Source: Verrucomicrobiota bacterium (GTDB lineage Bacteria > Verrucomicrobiota > Verrucomicrobiia > Limisphaerales > DSYF01). Taken from it: a stretch of 64,000 bases of DNA. The stretch's first letter is position 1; each line of letters starts with the position of its first letter. Under the pieces are notes generated by a model that saw only the letters and a program-made list of their open reading frames with translations, was not told the origin of the DNA and made no database searches. This document shows, in pieces, positions 1-12,652 of this stretch. The translations under genes and the position numbers were made by a program. The DNA is taken from assembly GCA_025457615.1 (NCBI GenBank), contig JALOTZ010000019.1, positions 3,100 through 67,099 of the forward strand, read 5' to 3'.

Positions 1-254
1 TCGTTCAAACCAAACCCAGTTGAGTTTGAGCCACCAAGATCCGGGCGCGCCGCCCACGGACCACCGCTGCGAAGACTTCCTTTCTCCGCCCCAGACTGTC
101 CCGGACAATTGCGAACTCCCGTGCCCCCTTTTCTGCCGCCTGGAGCACAAGGTTGCAGACGGCTGATTGGGAGAACCATGCAATCAAGGCGGTGATGGCC
201 GGGTGGTCGTGAAGGGCTGTCGATTGGTGGCGAGTGGTCGAATCGAGCCCCCAA

Positions 255-289
255 ACGCAGACCGCCCCGGCTTCCCGGGGCGGCTGCGT
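255..289 (-). terminator. Probable intrinsic terminator downstream of ppdK
   Basis: Hairpin ACGCAG-A-CCGCCCCGG/CTTC/CCGGGGCGG-CTGCGT ~50 nt past the ppdK stop; short T run on the minus strand. Confidence 0.6.
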
Positions 290-336
290 GAACCCAATAA
301 GGGGCGGTGAGACCCGGCCCCGCATTGAGAAAGGTC

Positions 337-3078
<2,742 letters not shown>

Positions 3079-3137
3079 AGAATAGTGTAGGTGTCGTGCT
3101 TAGATTTCCTGGGAAATGTCCTCAGAAAAGGTGAGCA

Positions 3138-3165
3138 ATTCTAAGGACCTCCGAACCGCTGTCAA
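3138..3165 (-). promoter_or_regulatory. Sigma70-type promoter of ppdK
   Basis: Minus strand TTGACA-N16-TAGAAT, ~60 nt upstream of the ATG. Confidence 0.65.
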
Positions 3166-3394
3166 CGCATGTTTCCCCCTGCCCACCCATTCTGGCCCGG
3201 CGCGGCTCCCTGCGCCGCAGCACCCCCGCCGCGGAAGGCGATTCTCGATATTCCAGCGACCTGATTCCAGGCGAAGCGGCTGCGGGTCGCCCGTCCTCCG
3301 TGGCAGAGCCACTGCGGAGGGTGGACGGACCCGCGCTCCAAATGAGAAGGGCTGGCCCCCGGCAACCCGGCGGGGCACTCCCACGGGCAGCGTT

Positions 3395-3416
3395 CATATC
3401 TACGCATCTCGATATG
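3395..3416. promoter_or_regulatory. Palindromic operator upstream of metH (SahR/SamR-like box)
   Basis: CATATC-N10-GATATG just upstream of the -35; geometry matches the ATATC-N10-GATAT ArsR-type methionine-regulator motif as recalled. Confidence 0.55.
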
Positions 3417-3421
3417 ATGAT

Positions 3422-3449
3422 TTGACAAGGTGGAATTCCTCCTTAGGCT
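3422..3449 (+). promoter_or_regulatory. Sigma70-type promoter of metH (near-leaderless)
   Basis: TTGACA-N16-TAGGCT ending 11 nt before ATG 3461; no Shine-Dalgarno. Confidence 0.55.
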
Positions 3450-3460
3450 TTGACCCCTAA

Positions 3461-6400
3461 ATGAATGCAGCCACCAGCCAGAGGGACCGGGGCGCGACCG
3501 AGGCGCTCCGCGCCCTGTTGCGTGAGCGCATTGTGGTGCTGGACGGGGCGATGGGCACGGTGCTGCAGGGGTACAAGCTGGATGAAGCCGCCTTCCGGGG
3601 CGAGCGCTTCGCCGATTGGACCGGCAAGGATCTCAAGGGCAATAACGAACTGCTCCAATTAACCCGGCCGGAGGTCATCGAAGAGGTGCATCGCCGCTAT
3701 CTCGAGGCGGGCGCCGACATCATCGAGACCAACACCTTCTCGGCCACGACCATCGGCCAGCATGATTTCTTCTTCCGGCATGCCGAGGGGCGGAAGGATC
3801 AGGCCTATTTCGATCAAGTCATCAACGACCCCACCCTGCGGGAGCTGGCCCGGGACCTGAACCTGGCCGGCGTCAGGGTGGCGCGCAAAGCCGCCGACGA
3901 AGTCGCTGCGCGGACCCGCCAGCGGCGGTTCGTCGCGGGCACCATCGGTCCCCTGCCCGTCACCTGTTCCCTGTCACCGGACGTGAACGACCCTGGTTTC
4001 CGCTCCGTCCGGTTTACCCAGCTTTGCCAGGCTTACCGCGAACAAGTCGAGTCCTTGCTGGACGGAGGTGTCGATCTGTTGCTCGTGGAAACGATCTTCG
4101 ACACGCTCAACGCCAAAGCCGCGTTGTTCGCCATCGAAGAGGTCTTCGCCGCCAGAGCCCTCCGCGCTCCGCACGCCGCGTTCCGCGTTCCAATCATGAT
4201 TTCCGGCACGATCACCGACCGGGCCGGCCGCACCCTGAGCGGACAGACGGTCGAAGCGTTCTGGAATTCCGTGGCCCACGCCAATCCAATCAGCGTCGGG
4301 TTCAACTGCGCGTTGGGACCGGACCTGCTACGGCCCTACGTGGAGGAGATCGCGCGCCTGGCGGACACGCAGGTCTGCATCTATCCCAATGCGGGCCTGC
4401 CGGATCCCCTCTCCCGCACCGGTTTTCCGGAGACGCCGGAAACACTCGCCCCGCAGATCCGCGGCTGGGCGGAGAACGGCTGGCTGAACATCGTGGGCGG
4501 CTGCTGCGGCACCACGCCGGACCATATCCGGGCCATAGCCGAGGCGATCCGCGGCCTGCCGCCCCGAGCCATCCCCCACCGGGAGCCGGCCCTGCGGCTC
4601 AGCGGCATGGAGGCCTTCACCCAGACTCCGGAATCGAACTTCCTTAACATCGGCGAGCGCACCAACGTGGCCGGGTCACCCAAGTTCAAGAAACTGATCC
4701 TCGACGGGCATTTCGAGGAATCCTTGTCCATCGCCAAGCAGCAGGTGGAGAACGGGGCCCAGGTCATCGACGTCTGCATGGACGAGGGCATGCTCGATGG
4801 CGCGGCCGCCATGACGCGCTTCCTCAACATGGTCGCGTCCGAGCCGGACATCGCCAGGGTGCCCGTGATGGTGGACTCGTCAAAATGGAGCGTGCTTGAA
4901 GCCGGCCTGCGCGTCCTCCAGGGCAAGGGCATCGTCAATTCCATCTCGCTCAAGGAGGGCGAGGACAGGTTCCTGGAACAGGCCCGCCTGGTACGGCGCT
5001 ACGGCGCGGCAGTGGTGGTGATGGCCTTTGACGAGCGGGGGCAGTCCGATTCGTTCGAGCGGCGGATCGAAGTCTGCAAACGCAGTTACGACCTTCTGGT
5101 GGAAAAGGCCGGCTTCCCGCCGCAGGACATCATCTTCGACCCGAACGTTCTCACGGTGGGCACCGGCATCGAGGAACACAACAACTACGCGGTGGATTTC
5201 ATCCGGGCCACCCACTGGATCAAACACCATCTGCCCCATGCCAAGGTGAGCGGGGGCATCAGCAATGTGAGTTTCAGCTTCCGCGGGAACAACGCGGTGC
5301 GCGAAGCCATGCACTCGGCTTTCCTCTTCCATGCCATCCAGGCCGGATTGGACATGGGCATTGTCAACCCGGGCATGCTGGCGGTTTATGAAGAGATCGA
5401 GCCCGAACTGCGCGAACTCGTGGAGGACGTCCTGCTGAACCGGCGCGCCGAGGCCACGGAGCGACTCGTGAATTTCGGCGAACGGCTCAAGTCCCAGGCG
5501 TCCCAGGCATCGCAGGAGCCACAGACCGAGGCCTGGCGCCGTGAAGCGGTCGAAAAGCGTCTGGAGCACGCGCTGGTCAAGGGCATCGACACCTACATCC
5601 ACGAAGACACCGAGGAAGCCCGCGCCAAGCTCGGCAAGCCCCTCCTCGTGATCGAAGGGCCGCTCATGAACGGCATGAATGTGGTCGGCGACCTGTTCGG
5701 CTCCGGAAAGATGTTCCTGCCCCAGGTGGTCAAGTCTGCCCGGGTGATGAAGAAGGCGGTGGCCTATCTGACCCCGTTCATGGAAGCCGAGAAAGCCGCG
5801 CAAGCGGCAGCCGGCCAGGCGGTCAAGGCCCAGGGCAAGGTGCTCCTGGCCACCGTCAAGGGCGATGTCCACGACATCGGCAAGAACATCGTGGGCGTCG
5901 TCCTGGCCTGCAACAACTACGAGGTCATCGACCTGGGCGTCATGGTGCCCTGCGAAAAGATCCTGGAGATCGCCTCGAAGGAGCAGGTGGAAATCATCGG
6001 CCTGAGCGGGCTGATTACCCCATCCTTGGACGAGATGCAGCATGTGGCGCGCGAGATGGAACGCCTGGGATTCAAAGTCCCTCTGCTCATCGGCGGCGCC
6101 ACCACCAGCAAGGCCCACACGGCGGTCAAGATTGCCCCCAGCTATAGCGCACCCGTGGTGCACGTTCTCGATGCCAGCCGCGCCGTGCCGGTCGTCAGCA
6201 GCCTCATCTCGCCCGAGCTCAAGCCCGCCTTCGTGCAGCAGGTGCGCGAGGACTACGACAAGGCCCGCGCCGCCCACGGCGGCCAGCCGCAGAAGCTGCT
6301 CAGCCTCGATCAAGCCCGCGCCAACAAACCGAAGCTGAACTACACCGTCCTCCCCCACCCCGAGTTCACCGGCCTCCGGATCCTCACTTCCGGGCCCATC

Positions 6401-7348
6401 TCCGATCCCCGATCTCCCCTTTCCGAAATCCGTCTGGCAGACGTGGTTCCCTTCATCGACTGGACCCCGTTCTTCCACACCTGGGAGCTGCGCGGCGTTT
6501 ATCCCAAGATTCTCGATCACGAACGGCACGGCCAGGAAGCCCGCAGACTCTTTGCCGACGCCCAGGAACTCCTCGCTGAGATCGTCAGCCGGAACCTCCT
6601 CCAGCTCCGCGCCGTTTACGGCTTGTTCCCCGCCAACGCGGTCGGCGACGACGTGGAACTCTACACCGACGAGACCCGCACGCAGCCACTGGCCACCTTC
6701 CACTTCCTGCGCCAGCAATTGGATAAGGAGGACGGCAGCCCGAACTGGTGCCTCGCGGACTTTGTGGCTCCGCGATCCTCCCCGATCTCCGATCTCAAGT
6801 CTCAGATTTCAACTCCCCCATCGCCCGCCCCCGCCGACCATATCGGCGCCTTCGCGGTGACGGCGGGCATCGGCCTGGACGACCTCGTCAAGCGCTTCAA
6901 GGCTGGACACGACGATTACAACGCCATCATGGCCGAGGCGCTCGCGGACCGTTTGGCCGAAGCCTTGGCCGAATACCTGCACAAGCGCGTACGCGACGAA
7001 TGGAGTTACGGCCGGACCGAACTGCTCGGCACCGAGGACCTGATCGCCGAGAAATATCTCGGCATCCGGCCCGCTGCGGGCTATCCCGCCTGCCCCGACC
7101 ACACGGAGAAGGGTATTCTCTGGGAACTGCTCGAGGTCGAGAAACACACCGGCATGAAACTCACCGAAAGCTTCGCCATGTGGCCCGGCAGCAGCGTCAG
7201 CGGACTCTACTTCGCCCACCCGGAGTCAAAATACTTCGCCGTCGGCAAACTCGATCGGAATCAACTCGAGGACTACGCCCGGCGCAAGGGCAAGACGGTG
7301 GAAGAGATGGAGCGCTGGCTCGGCCCCTGGCTCGGCTACACGCCGTGA
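3461..7348 (+). CDS. metH: Cobalamin-dependent methionine synthase
   Basis: 1295 aa; LDGAMGT, GGCCGT (Zn), [10 protein letters not shown] pterin domain, DVHDIGKN B12 motif, [14 protein letters not shown] activation domain. Confidence 0.98.
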   Translation: MNAATSQRDRGATEALRALLRERIVVLDGAMGTVLQGYKLDEAAFRGERFADWTGKDLKGNNELLQLTRPEVIEEVHRRYLEAGADIIETNTFSATTIGQHDFFFRHAEGRKDQAYFDQVINDPTLRELARDLNLAGVRVARKAADEVAARTRQRRFVAGTIGPLPVTCSLSPDVNDPGFRSVRFTQLCQAYREQVESLLDGGVDLLLVETIFDTLNAKAALFAIEEVFAARALRAPHAAFRVPIMISGTITDRAGRTLSGQTVEAFWNSVAHANPISVGFNCALGPDLLRPYVEEIARLADTQVCIYPNAGLPDPLSRTGFPETPETLAPQIRGWAENGWLNIVGGCCGTTPDHIRAIAEAIRGLPPRAIPHREPALRLSGMEAFTQTPESNFLNIGERTNVAGSPKFKKLILDGHFEESLSIAKQQVENGAQVIDVCMDEGMLDGAAAMTRFLNMVASEPDIARVPVMVDSSKWSVLEAGLRVLQGKGIVNSISLKEGEDRFLEQARLVRRYGAAVVVMAFDERGQSDSFERRIEVCKRSYDLLVEKAGFPPQDIIFDPNVLTVGTGIEEHNNYAVDFIRATHWIKHHLPHAKVSGGISNVSFSFRGNNAVREAMHSAFLFHAIQAGLDMGIVNPGMLAVYEEIEPELRELVEDVLLNRRAEATERLVNFGERLKSQASQASQEPQTEAWRREAVEKRLEHALVKGIDTYIHEDTEEARAKLGKPLLVIEGPLMNGMNVVGDLFGSGKMFLPQVVKSARVMKKAVAYLTPFMEAEKAAQAAAGQAVKAQGKVLLATVKGDVHDIGKNIVGVVLACNNYEVIDLGVMVPCEKILEIASKEQVEIIGLSGLITPSLDEMQHVAREMERLGFKVPLLIGGATTSKAHTAVKIAPSYSAPVVHVLDASRAVPVVSSLISPELKPAFVQQVREDYDKARAAHGGQPQKLLSLDQARANKPKLNYTVLPHPEFTGLRILTSGPISDPRSPLSEIRLADVVPFIDWTPFFHTWELRGVYPKILDHERHGQEARRLFADAQELLAEIVSRNLLQLRAVYGLFPANAVGDDVELYTDETRTQPLATFHFLRQQLDKEDGSPNWCLADFVAPRSSPISDLKSQISTPPSPAPADHIGAFAVTAGIGLDDLVKRFKAGHDDYNAIMAEALADRLAEALAEYLHKRVRDEWSYGRTELLGTEDLIAEKYLGIRPAAGYPACPDHTEKGILWELLEVEKHTGMKLTESFAMWPGSSVSGLYFAHPESKYFAVGKLDRNQLEDYARRKGKTVEEMERWLGPWLGYTP
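4161..4188 (+). repeat. Degenerate heptamer tandem repeat inside metH
   Basis: TCCGCGC TCCGCAC GCCGCGT TCCGCGT, encoding [10 protein letters not shown]. Confidence 0.6.
6395..6429 (+). repeat. Degenerate heptamer tandem repeat inside metH
   Basis: CCCATCT CCGATCC CCGATCT CCCCTTT CCGAAAT, encoding [12 protein letters not shown]. Confidence 0.55.
6782..6816 (+). repeat. Degenerate heptamer tandem repeat inside metH
   Basis: CCGATCT CCGATCT CAAGTCT CAGATTT CAACTCC, encoding [12 protein letters not shown]. Confidence 0.65.
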
Positions 7349-7400
7349 GCCGGGACTGCCGGCTGCCTCCCATGACCCGCCTGGAAAAGTAACTGAGCAT

Positions 7401-7610
7401 AGCTCACGTAAACCCCAGCGCGCGGCGTCCTTCTTCCCGGTCGTCCTTGTTGCTTTTGTCCTTAACGTGTCCGCCGCCCCGCGCCCGACCTGGCCGCCGT
7501 GGCTGTAGCCAGAGCTGGCGCTCCACCGCTTCGACGAGTTGGAGTGGCATCCACCCATGCGCACCAATTTGAACCACATTAAGTGGCCCACGCGACTCAG
7601 GAATCAATAA
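7401..7610 (+). pseudogene. Possible decayed N-terminus of a secreted protein
   Basis: Frame reads SSRKPQRAASFFPVVLVAFVLNVSAAPRPTWPPWL*PELALHRFDELEW...; signal-peptide-like, internal TAG at 7506, no in-frame ATG nearby. Confidence 0.3.
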
Positions 7611-8105
7611 GTCGAAGACGTCCATTCGACAATCCGACCCAATAACTGCACTTCTTACAACGGCACTGCGGCACTTAACACGTGCACACCGTCCTTATCC
7701 CGGCAACTCCTTGGGTTGGCTCAGGAACACACGCCCATCTCCGAGCCCCAACAGTGGCCACCCGCCGTACGCCAAAGTAACTGTTACCCGGGAGGGTGAT
7801 ACCTAGCCCCAGGTAGGCGCTCATGGTTTGACTGTGATCATCGCTGACGCATATTGGTGGTGATGCTGCGATCGGCCAGCAGCGGCAAGGGGTCGCAGTG
7901 TGGCGAGGAGTGGCTGCTCACTTGTCTCGTCCTTTCAGACAGGGCGAAGCGTTTCGGACGTAGAGATTGGGGTCTTGGCATCAATCGTCGCCCTGTCATT
8001 GACGGCATGACCTGTTGGACATAGGTTCACGCTGTTGGCGGCAACCACGGGAAGTCGGGCACTAGTTAGGCAAGGGTTCGTAGGACGTGCACCATCTCCG
8101 CCCGC

Positions 8106-8157
8106 TGTTGAATGCGAACTCATTCAACACTGCATTCTGCCTTCTGAAATCCGACAT
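8106..8157. repeat. Perfect 9-bp inverted repeat followed by heptamer repeats
   Basis: TGTTGAATG-cgaact-CATTCAACA then CTGCATT CTGCCTT CTGAAAT CCGACAT. Confidence 0.6.
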
Positions 8158-8209
8158 CCTCTCGCCCCGGTGTCTACGGATGTCACACCCCTCCTGATAG
8201 AATCGGCGC

Positions 8210-8372
8210 ATGAAAAATCCAGAGGACCGCACCTCGCGCCGGAGTTTCCTGGGGTTCCTGGCCAGGTTGCCGCTGGTCCCCGCATGCCTGCTCGCACCCA
8301 AGGCTCGGGCACTGTCGCCTGCCGCACCCCGTGCCTGCCTGATGAACGATTGTCCCATTGCGGGCTACCAAT
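8210..8372 (+). pseudogene. Truncated Tat-signal HIRAN-domain-like protein
   Basis: SRRSFLG twin-arginine motif, hydrophobic core, then LMNDCPIAGYQ resembling the first HIRAN strand (xxIAGFQY); similarity then stops. Confidence 0.5.
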
Positions 8373-8464
8373 CGTTGAGTGCGATAGCCTTTGAGACGGC
8401 CAAAAGGCTTGCAGACAAACTTCGGTTCCGGCAAAAGGAAGCAACGCCAGAGAACATCCCGATC

Positions 8465-8648
8465 ATGAAGACGCCGAGCTTGTTCTGCCGTGTTCTCTGC
8501 TGTTACTTCTCAGCCCACCTGGCGTTGCCCTCAGGTGTCCTGGCCCAGACACCCTTCTACCTGGACCCGCCCACCTTCCCAGCCACGAACACGGTGCGGG
8601 TGACGGTGGCGGACGCGCCGACCAACGTGGCGGTGACGGTCTATTCGA
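8465..8648 (+). pseudogene. N-terminal stub of a secreted (RHS-carrier-like) protein
   Basis: MKTPSLFCRVLCCYFSAHLALPSGVLAQ signal peptide plus T/N-rich strand TNTVRVTVADAPTNVAVTVYS, GC-rich codons, abrupt switch to AT-richer DNA at ~8641. Confidence 0.45.
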
Positions 8649-8679
8649 CAAAGACAAGGCAACTTTCTGGTCGCTCCCA

Positions 8680-8964
8680 ATGCTAGCACCGCAAGAGACA
8701 GGCGTGACGGCTGCTCAAGTTAGACAAGGCTTGGCAGCCTTGCGTGCCGCAGTTGATGCGGACTTAACAGAGATGTCATTCCCGAGGAGCTTGGATCGCG
8801 ATCTGAACCGCGCGATTGTGCAAATGAGTGAGCGTCTAACGCCAATGGTGGCTGGAGGAGGTGTGGTGCAAGGGGGCAATGTGCTAAGGGAACATGTTGG
8901 TGCTGGGCGTTACGCCTTCAGGTTAGATCTCGAGAACCTCAGAGGACACAACTTGCGACAATGA
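8680..8964 (+). CDS. Putative polymorphic toxin C-terminal domain (orphan)
   Basis: 94 aa, AT-richer; frame open upstream to the ~8641 junction; ends RLDLENLRGHNLRQ; ATGA overlap with next gene; precedes an RHS fragment. Confidence 0.5.
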   Translation: MLAPQETGVTAAQVRQGLAALRAAVDADLTEMSFPRSLDRDLNRAIVQMSERLTPMVAGGGVVQGGNVLREHVGAGRYAFRLDLENLRGHNLRQ

Positions 8965-9263
8965 AAGAACACAGCCTTGACCATCAAATGCTGCTCCTGT
9001 GGTTGGACCTGTCATCTGCAACGAAAGCTTATGCGGAGGCCAACGATCTAGTTTTGTCCGATATCGAACCTTGGAAGTGTGAGTCCGATGCCATTCAACT
9101 AATTTGGCAAAAAATCACGCACCCCGACCATCTAGGGTATTTGCATGATCACCTTAGGTGCGTTCAAGAGCAGGAGACCAATCCAAGGCTTAAAGCAATT
9201 CTCGTGAGGCGGGCTCAAGCTGCATTGGACGACTGCATGCTACGCTGCAAGACTGCGCAATGA
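8961..9263 (+). CDS. Putative immunity/antitoxin protein
   Basis: 100 aa, helical-looking, AT-richer, translationally coupled between the putative toxin and the RHS fragment. Confidence 0.5.
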   Translation: MKEHSLDHQMLLLWLDLSSATKAYAEANDLVLSDIEPWKCESDAIQLIWQKITHPDHLGYLHDHLRCVQEQETNPRLKAILVRRAQAALDDCMLRCKTAQ

Positions 9264-9829
9264 TCCTGAACAGCTTCGCCTACAAACTGGCACCAGCCGG
9301 CAACCGGACCAACCTGAGCGAGACCATCGGAGGCAACAACCGAATCTTTACGTGGCAGTATGATGCGCTTTACCGCCTGACCAACGAGACCATCACCGGC
9401 ACCGCACCCGCCGGCACGATCAGCTACCTCTACGACGCAGTCGGCAATCGCACCAACCGGACCAGCAGCGTCAGCGGCATCACCAACCAAACATTCGCTT
9501 ACACGGTCAACGACCGGCTGACCACCGACGGGTATGATGCCAACGGCAACACCACCAACTCCACCGCGAACACCTACCGGTATGACGTGGAGAACCGGCT
9601 GACCAACGCGGTGGTCGGTGGCACCACCATCACCTACGTGTATGACGGCGACGGCAACCGGGTGCGGAAGATCGTGGGCACGGCCACCAACACGTACCTG
9701 GTGTGCCGCCAGAACCTCACCGGCTACGCACAGGTGCTGGAGGAAACCGTCAATGGAAGCTTGTCCAAAGTCTATGCCTACGGGCTGGATCTGATCGCCC
9801 AGCGCGACGTTGGCGGATCAACCTACTAA
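9260..9829 (+). pseudogene. RHS/YD-repeat protein fragment
   Basis: YD repeats (WQYDALYRLT, YLYDAVGNRT, YDANGNTT, YRYDVENRLT, YVYDGDGNRV), NLTGYAQVLEE; stops at an A run before the RHS core DPxG motif. Confidence 0.85.
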
Positions 9830-10196
9830 AAAAATGAACTCCACACGCCAACCAATGCACCAGCCGTGCCATGGAAATATGCACTGGCGCGGCTTCTCGG
9901 CCTGCGAACCCTCTCGTGCGAGGAAAGCAAAGCTCGGCCTACGTCAACTGAACATCCCAACAGCTTGCCCACCTCGTGGCACTGCCTGTCCCGCCGTAGC
10001 AACTCTGCGAAGGCGGATGCCGGTCAACACAGGAGCGTGGTTTGACGAGTCTCTTTCACCTCAGCACGCTCCTTTCGTCTTCAGTCAGGGATGCGACCGC
10101 GCCAGTTATGTCGCCTGAAGGATTCCCATCCGCTTCGCTGCTGGCAACGGGGAACTTGTCTTGTCGCCCCCGCGTCACGATTGGTAACGTCCGGGC

Positions 10197-11759
10197 ATGA
10201 CGAAACGCGCTTCCTCCAGCCCGCGTACCAAGGAAAAAGGCGGCTCCACCGCCCGGCTGCGGGAGGAGCCACCACCCTACGTCACCGCCGGACGTCCGTC
10301 GGCGCTGGTGGACACCCGCGTCGTCTATTGCGGCGACAACCTGGAGCAACTCCAGAAGCTGCCCGACGCCTGCGTGGACCTGATCTACATTGACCCGCCG
10401 TTCAACTCGAACCGCAACTACGAGGTGTTCTGGGGCGAGACGAAGGAGAAACGCGCGTTCGAGGATCGCCACGCCAACACGCAGGCCTACCTCGACTACA
10501 TGCGCCCGCGCTGCGTCGAACTGGCCCGCGTGCTCAAGAGGACGGGCAGCTTCTACTACCACTGCGACTGGCACGCCTCCCATTACGTCAAAGTCATGCT
10601 CGACCAGATTCTCGGGGAGAACAATTTCATCAACGAGATCGTCTGGAAACGCAGTGACGCGAAAAGCGATGTGGGGCAGGGCGCCAAGCACTTTGGACGC
10701 GTGCATGACAGCATTTTCTATTACGCGGGCAGTGCGGAGTACACCTTCAATCCCAAGTTCACGCCACTGCCTCAGTCCACCATTGATTCATGGTACAAGC
10801 ACGTCGAGGAGGGCACGGGCCGGCGATACAACAAGGCCGATGTAACCGGTCCGGGAGGAGCGGCCAAGGGCTGCCCGGTTTACGAGTGGCATGGGATCAC
10901 GCGCGCTTGGCGCTACAGCAGAGAGAACATGGAACGGCTGGAGCGGGAAGGGCGACTCGTTTACAGCAAGACCGGGATGGCTTACCAGAAGCGCTACCTC
11001 GACGAAAGCAAGGGGGTGGCGCTCAGCAGTTGGTGGGATGACATCGACATGCTCCGTGGGATTAGCGGTGCCGGGGAGCGTCTCGGCTATCCGACACAGA
11101 AACCCTTGAAGTTGCTCGAACGGATCATCGAAGTCAGCAGCCACGAGAACGACATCGTGCTGGACGCCTTCTGCGGCTGCGGCACCGCGCTGGTGGCAGC
11201 GCAGAAACTCAAGCGCCAGTGGATCGGCATTGACATCTCACCCACAGCCTGCCGCGTCATGGCCAAGCGCCTGCGGGACGTTTGCGGAGTGCCGGAAGAT
11301 GAGTCGCTCTGGAAGGCCGGGCGCGGGTTCGTGGTGCGGGACCTGCCTTGGACTGAGGACAAGCTGCGCGCCATCCCACCGTTCGAGTTCGAGAACTGGG
11401 CGGTCATCGCCTTGGGCGGCATCCCGAACAAGACCAAGGTAGGCGATTACGGCATTGATGGCCGCATCTTTCCCGTCGGCGCCGAACCGGCGGCGTTGCG
11501 GGAAGGCGAACTGCAACTCACCGAGCGCTGGTATCCGATTCAGGTGAAGCAGAAGGACCGGGTGGGCCGTCCGGACATTGACGCCTTCCAGACGGCGATG
11601 CGCCGGAGCAAGCGGGACAAGGGCTTCTTCGTGGCGTTCGACTACACGGAGGACGCCTTGCGCGAGATTGACCGCTTCTTCAAGGCCGACCACGCCGTCA
11701 TCGTTCCGCTGACGGTCCAGGAAATCCTGGACGAGCAGATCGCGAGGAAACTGGCTTAA
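10197..11759 (+). CDS. N6/N4 DNA methyltransferase (beta order) fused to C-terminal Mrr-like endonuclease domain
   Basis: IDPPF motif IV, YPTQKP, LDAFCGCGT motif I; C-terminus FEFENW..GDYGIDG..IQVKQ..KGFFVA fits Mrr_cat. Confidence 0.9.
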   Translation: MTKRASSSPRTKEKGGSTARLREEPPPYVTAGRPSALVDTRVVYCGDNLEQLQKLPDACVDLIYIDPPFNSNRNYEVFWGETKEKRAFEDRHANTQAYLDYMRPRCVELARVLKRTGSFYYHCDWHASHYVKVMLDQILGENNFINEIVWKRSDAKSDVGQGAKHFGRVHDSIFYYAGSAEYTFNPKFTPLPQSTIDSWYKHVEEGTGRRYNKADVTGPGGAAKGCPVYEWHGITRAWRYSRENMERLEREGRLVYSKTGMAYQKRYLDESKGVALSSWWDDIDMLRGISGAGERLGYPTQKPLKLLERIIEVSSHENDIVLDAFCGCGTALVAAQKLKRQWIGIDISPTACRVMAKRLRDVCGVPEDESLWKAGRGFVVRDLPWTEDKLRAIPPFEFENWAVIALGGIPNKTKVGDYGIDGRIFPVGAEPAALREGELQLTERWYPIQVKQKDRVGRPDIDAFQTAMRRSKRDKGFFVAFDYTEDALREIDRFFKADHAVIVPLTVQEILDEQIARKLA

Positions 11760-11774
11760 CAACAGTCCGTCGAT

Positions 11775-12029
11775 ATGGGTGAGTGGTCCAAAAAAGTTGG
11801 CGACCTCGGTGAAAAAGTTGCTGGCGGGTTCCTGCGTTTGATCGGCTGGGGGGCTGGCGATTCTGGCCTTGCGTTGCCGTGCACTCGTCCGGACACCCAT
11901 CAGCGAGCCGACCATCCCCGCACGACCCACGGCATTGATTACCTGGTGCCGCTGCGATCAGGTTTTGAGAAAGGGGGAAGGAGATCGAGGGTGTCGGGGG
12001 CCAGGCGGACAACTTGGCCGAATTGGTGA
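11775..12029 (+). pseudogene. Truncated PD-(D/E)XK nuclease, GapS4a-like N-terminus
   Basis: MGEWSKKVGDLGEK..FLRLIGW..LPC..H..RTTHGIDYL resembles the recalled GAPS4 nuclease N-terminus; protein-like sequence ends after ~65 aa. Confidence 0.5.
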
Positions 12030-12196
12030 ACAATCCGGCCAACCAGGTCTGGAGGTTGGAGCGTTCCACCAACAGGCACGATTGGACTCCGCTGGCCACC
12101 TTGCGAGTGCATAGCGGAATGGCGCGGCAGGTGGCCATCGGCGTTGGCTGTCCCGGCAAGCTTGTGTTTTCATCGCCCGCGAAATAGATTCGCCGC

Positions 12197-12649
12197 ATGA
12201 GCAGCGACGTCGTCCCGGTGGAAATTCGCGCCATTCGTCCCGATCGGTCCTGGTATGCCCTTTACCTGGGCGCGGATTCCAAGGTCTTCGTGATGGTGGT
12301 CGAATCCCATGTGGGCTCGGCCATCGAACGTTACCTGTTCGGCCAGAAATCCGACCGTCCGCAGACCCACGACCTCATCCAACTGGTTTTCAAGGGCCTG
12401 GGGGTCACGGTGGAACGGGTGGTGATCTCGGAGGTGAAGGATTCGGTCTATTACGCGCGCCTGATTCTTCAGCAGAACAACGAACTGGGACGCAAGGTCA
12501 TCGAGTTGGATGCGCGTCCCAGCGATTGCCTCGCGCTGGCCACGGCCCTGAAACGCCCGATCTTCGTGACCCGCAAGGTGCTGGATCAGGTGAATGACCA
12601 AAGCGACAGCCTGGAACGCAGCGGCGATTGGGAGAACCCGCAGGAATAG
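12197..12649 (+). CDS. Bifunctional nuclease family protein (BFN/DUF151)
   Basis: RPQTHDL, VVISEVKDSVYYARL and ELDARPSDCLALA signatures. Confidence 0.92.
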   Translation: MSSDVVPVEIRAIRPDRSWYALYLGADSKVFVMVVESHVGSAIERYLFGQKSDRPQTHDLIQLVFKGLGVTVERVVISEVKDSVYYARLILQQNNELGRKVIELDARPSDCLALATALKRPIFVTRKVLDQVNDQSDSLERSGDWENPQE

Positions 12650-12652
12650 GGC

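Noticed and set aside
3079-3460. Cobalamin or SAM riboswitch upstream of metH
   Set aside because: No conserved boxes recognised, and the promoter candidate lies directly before the ATG
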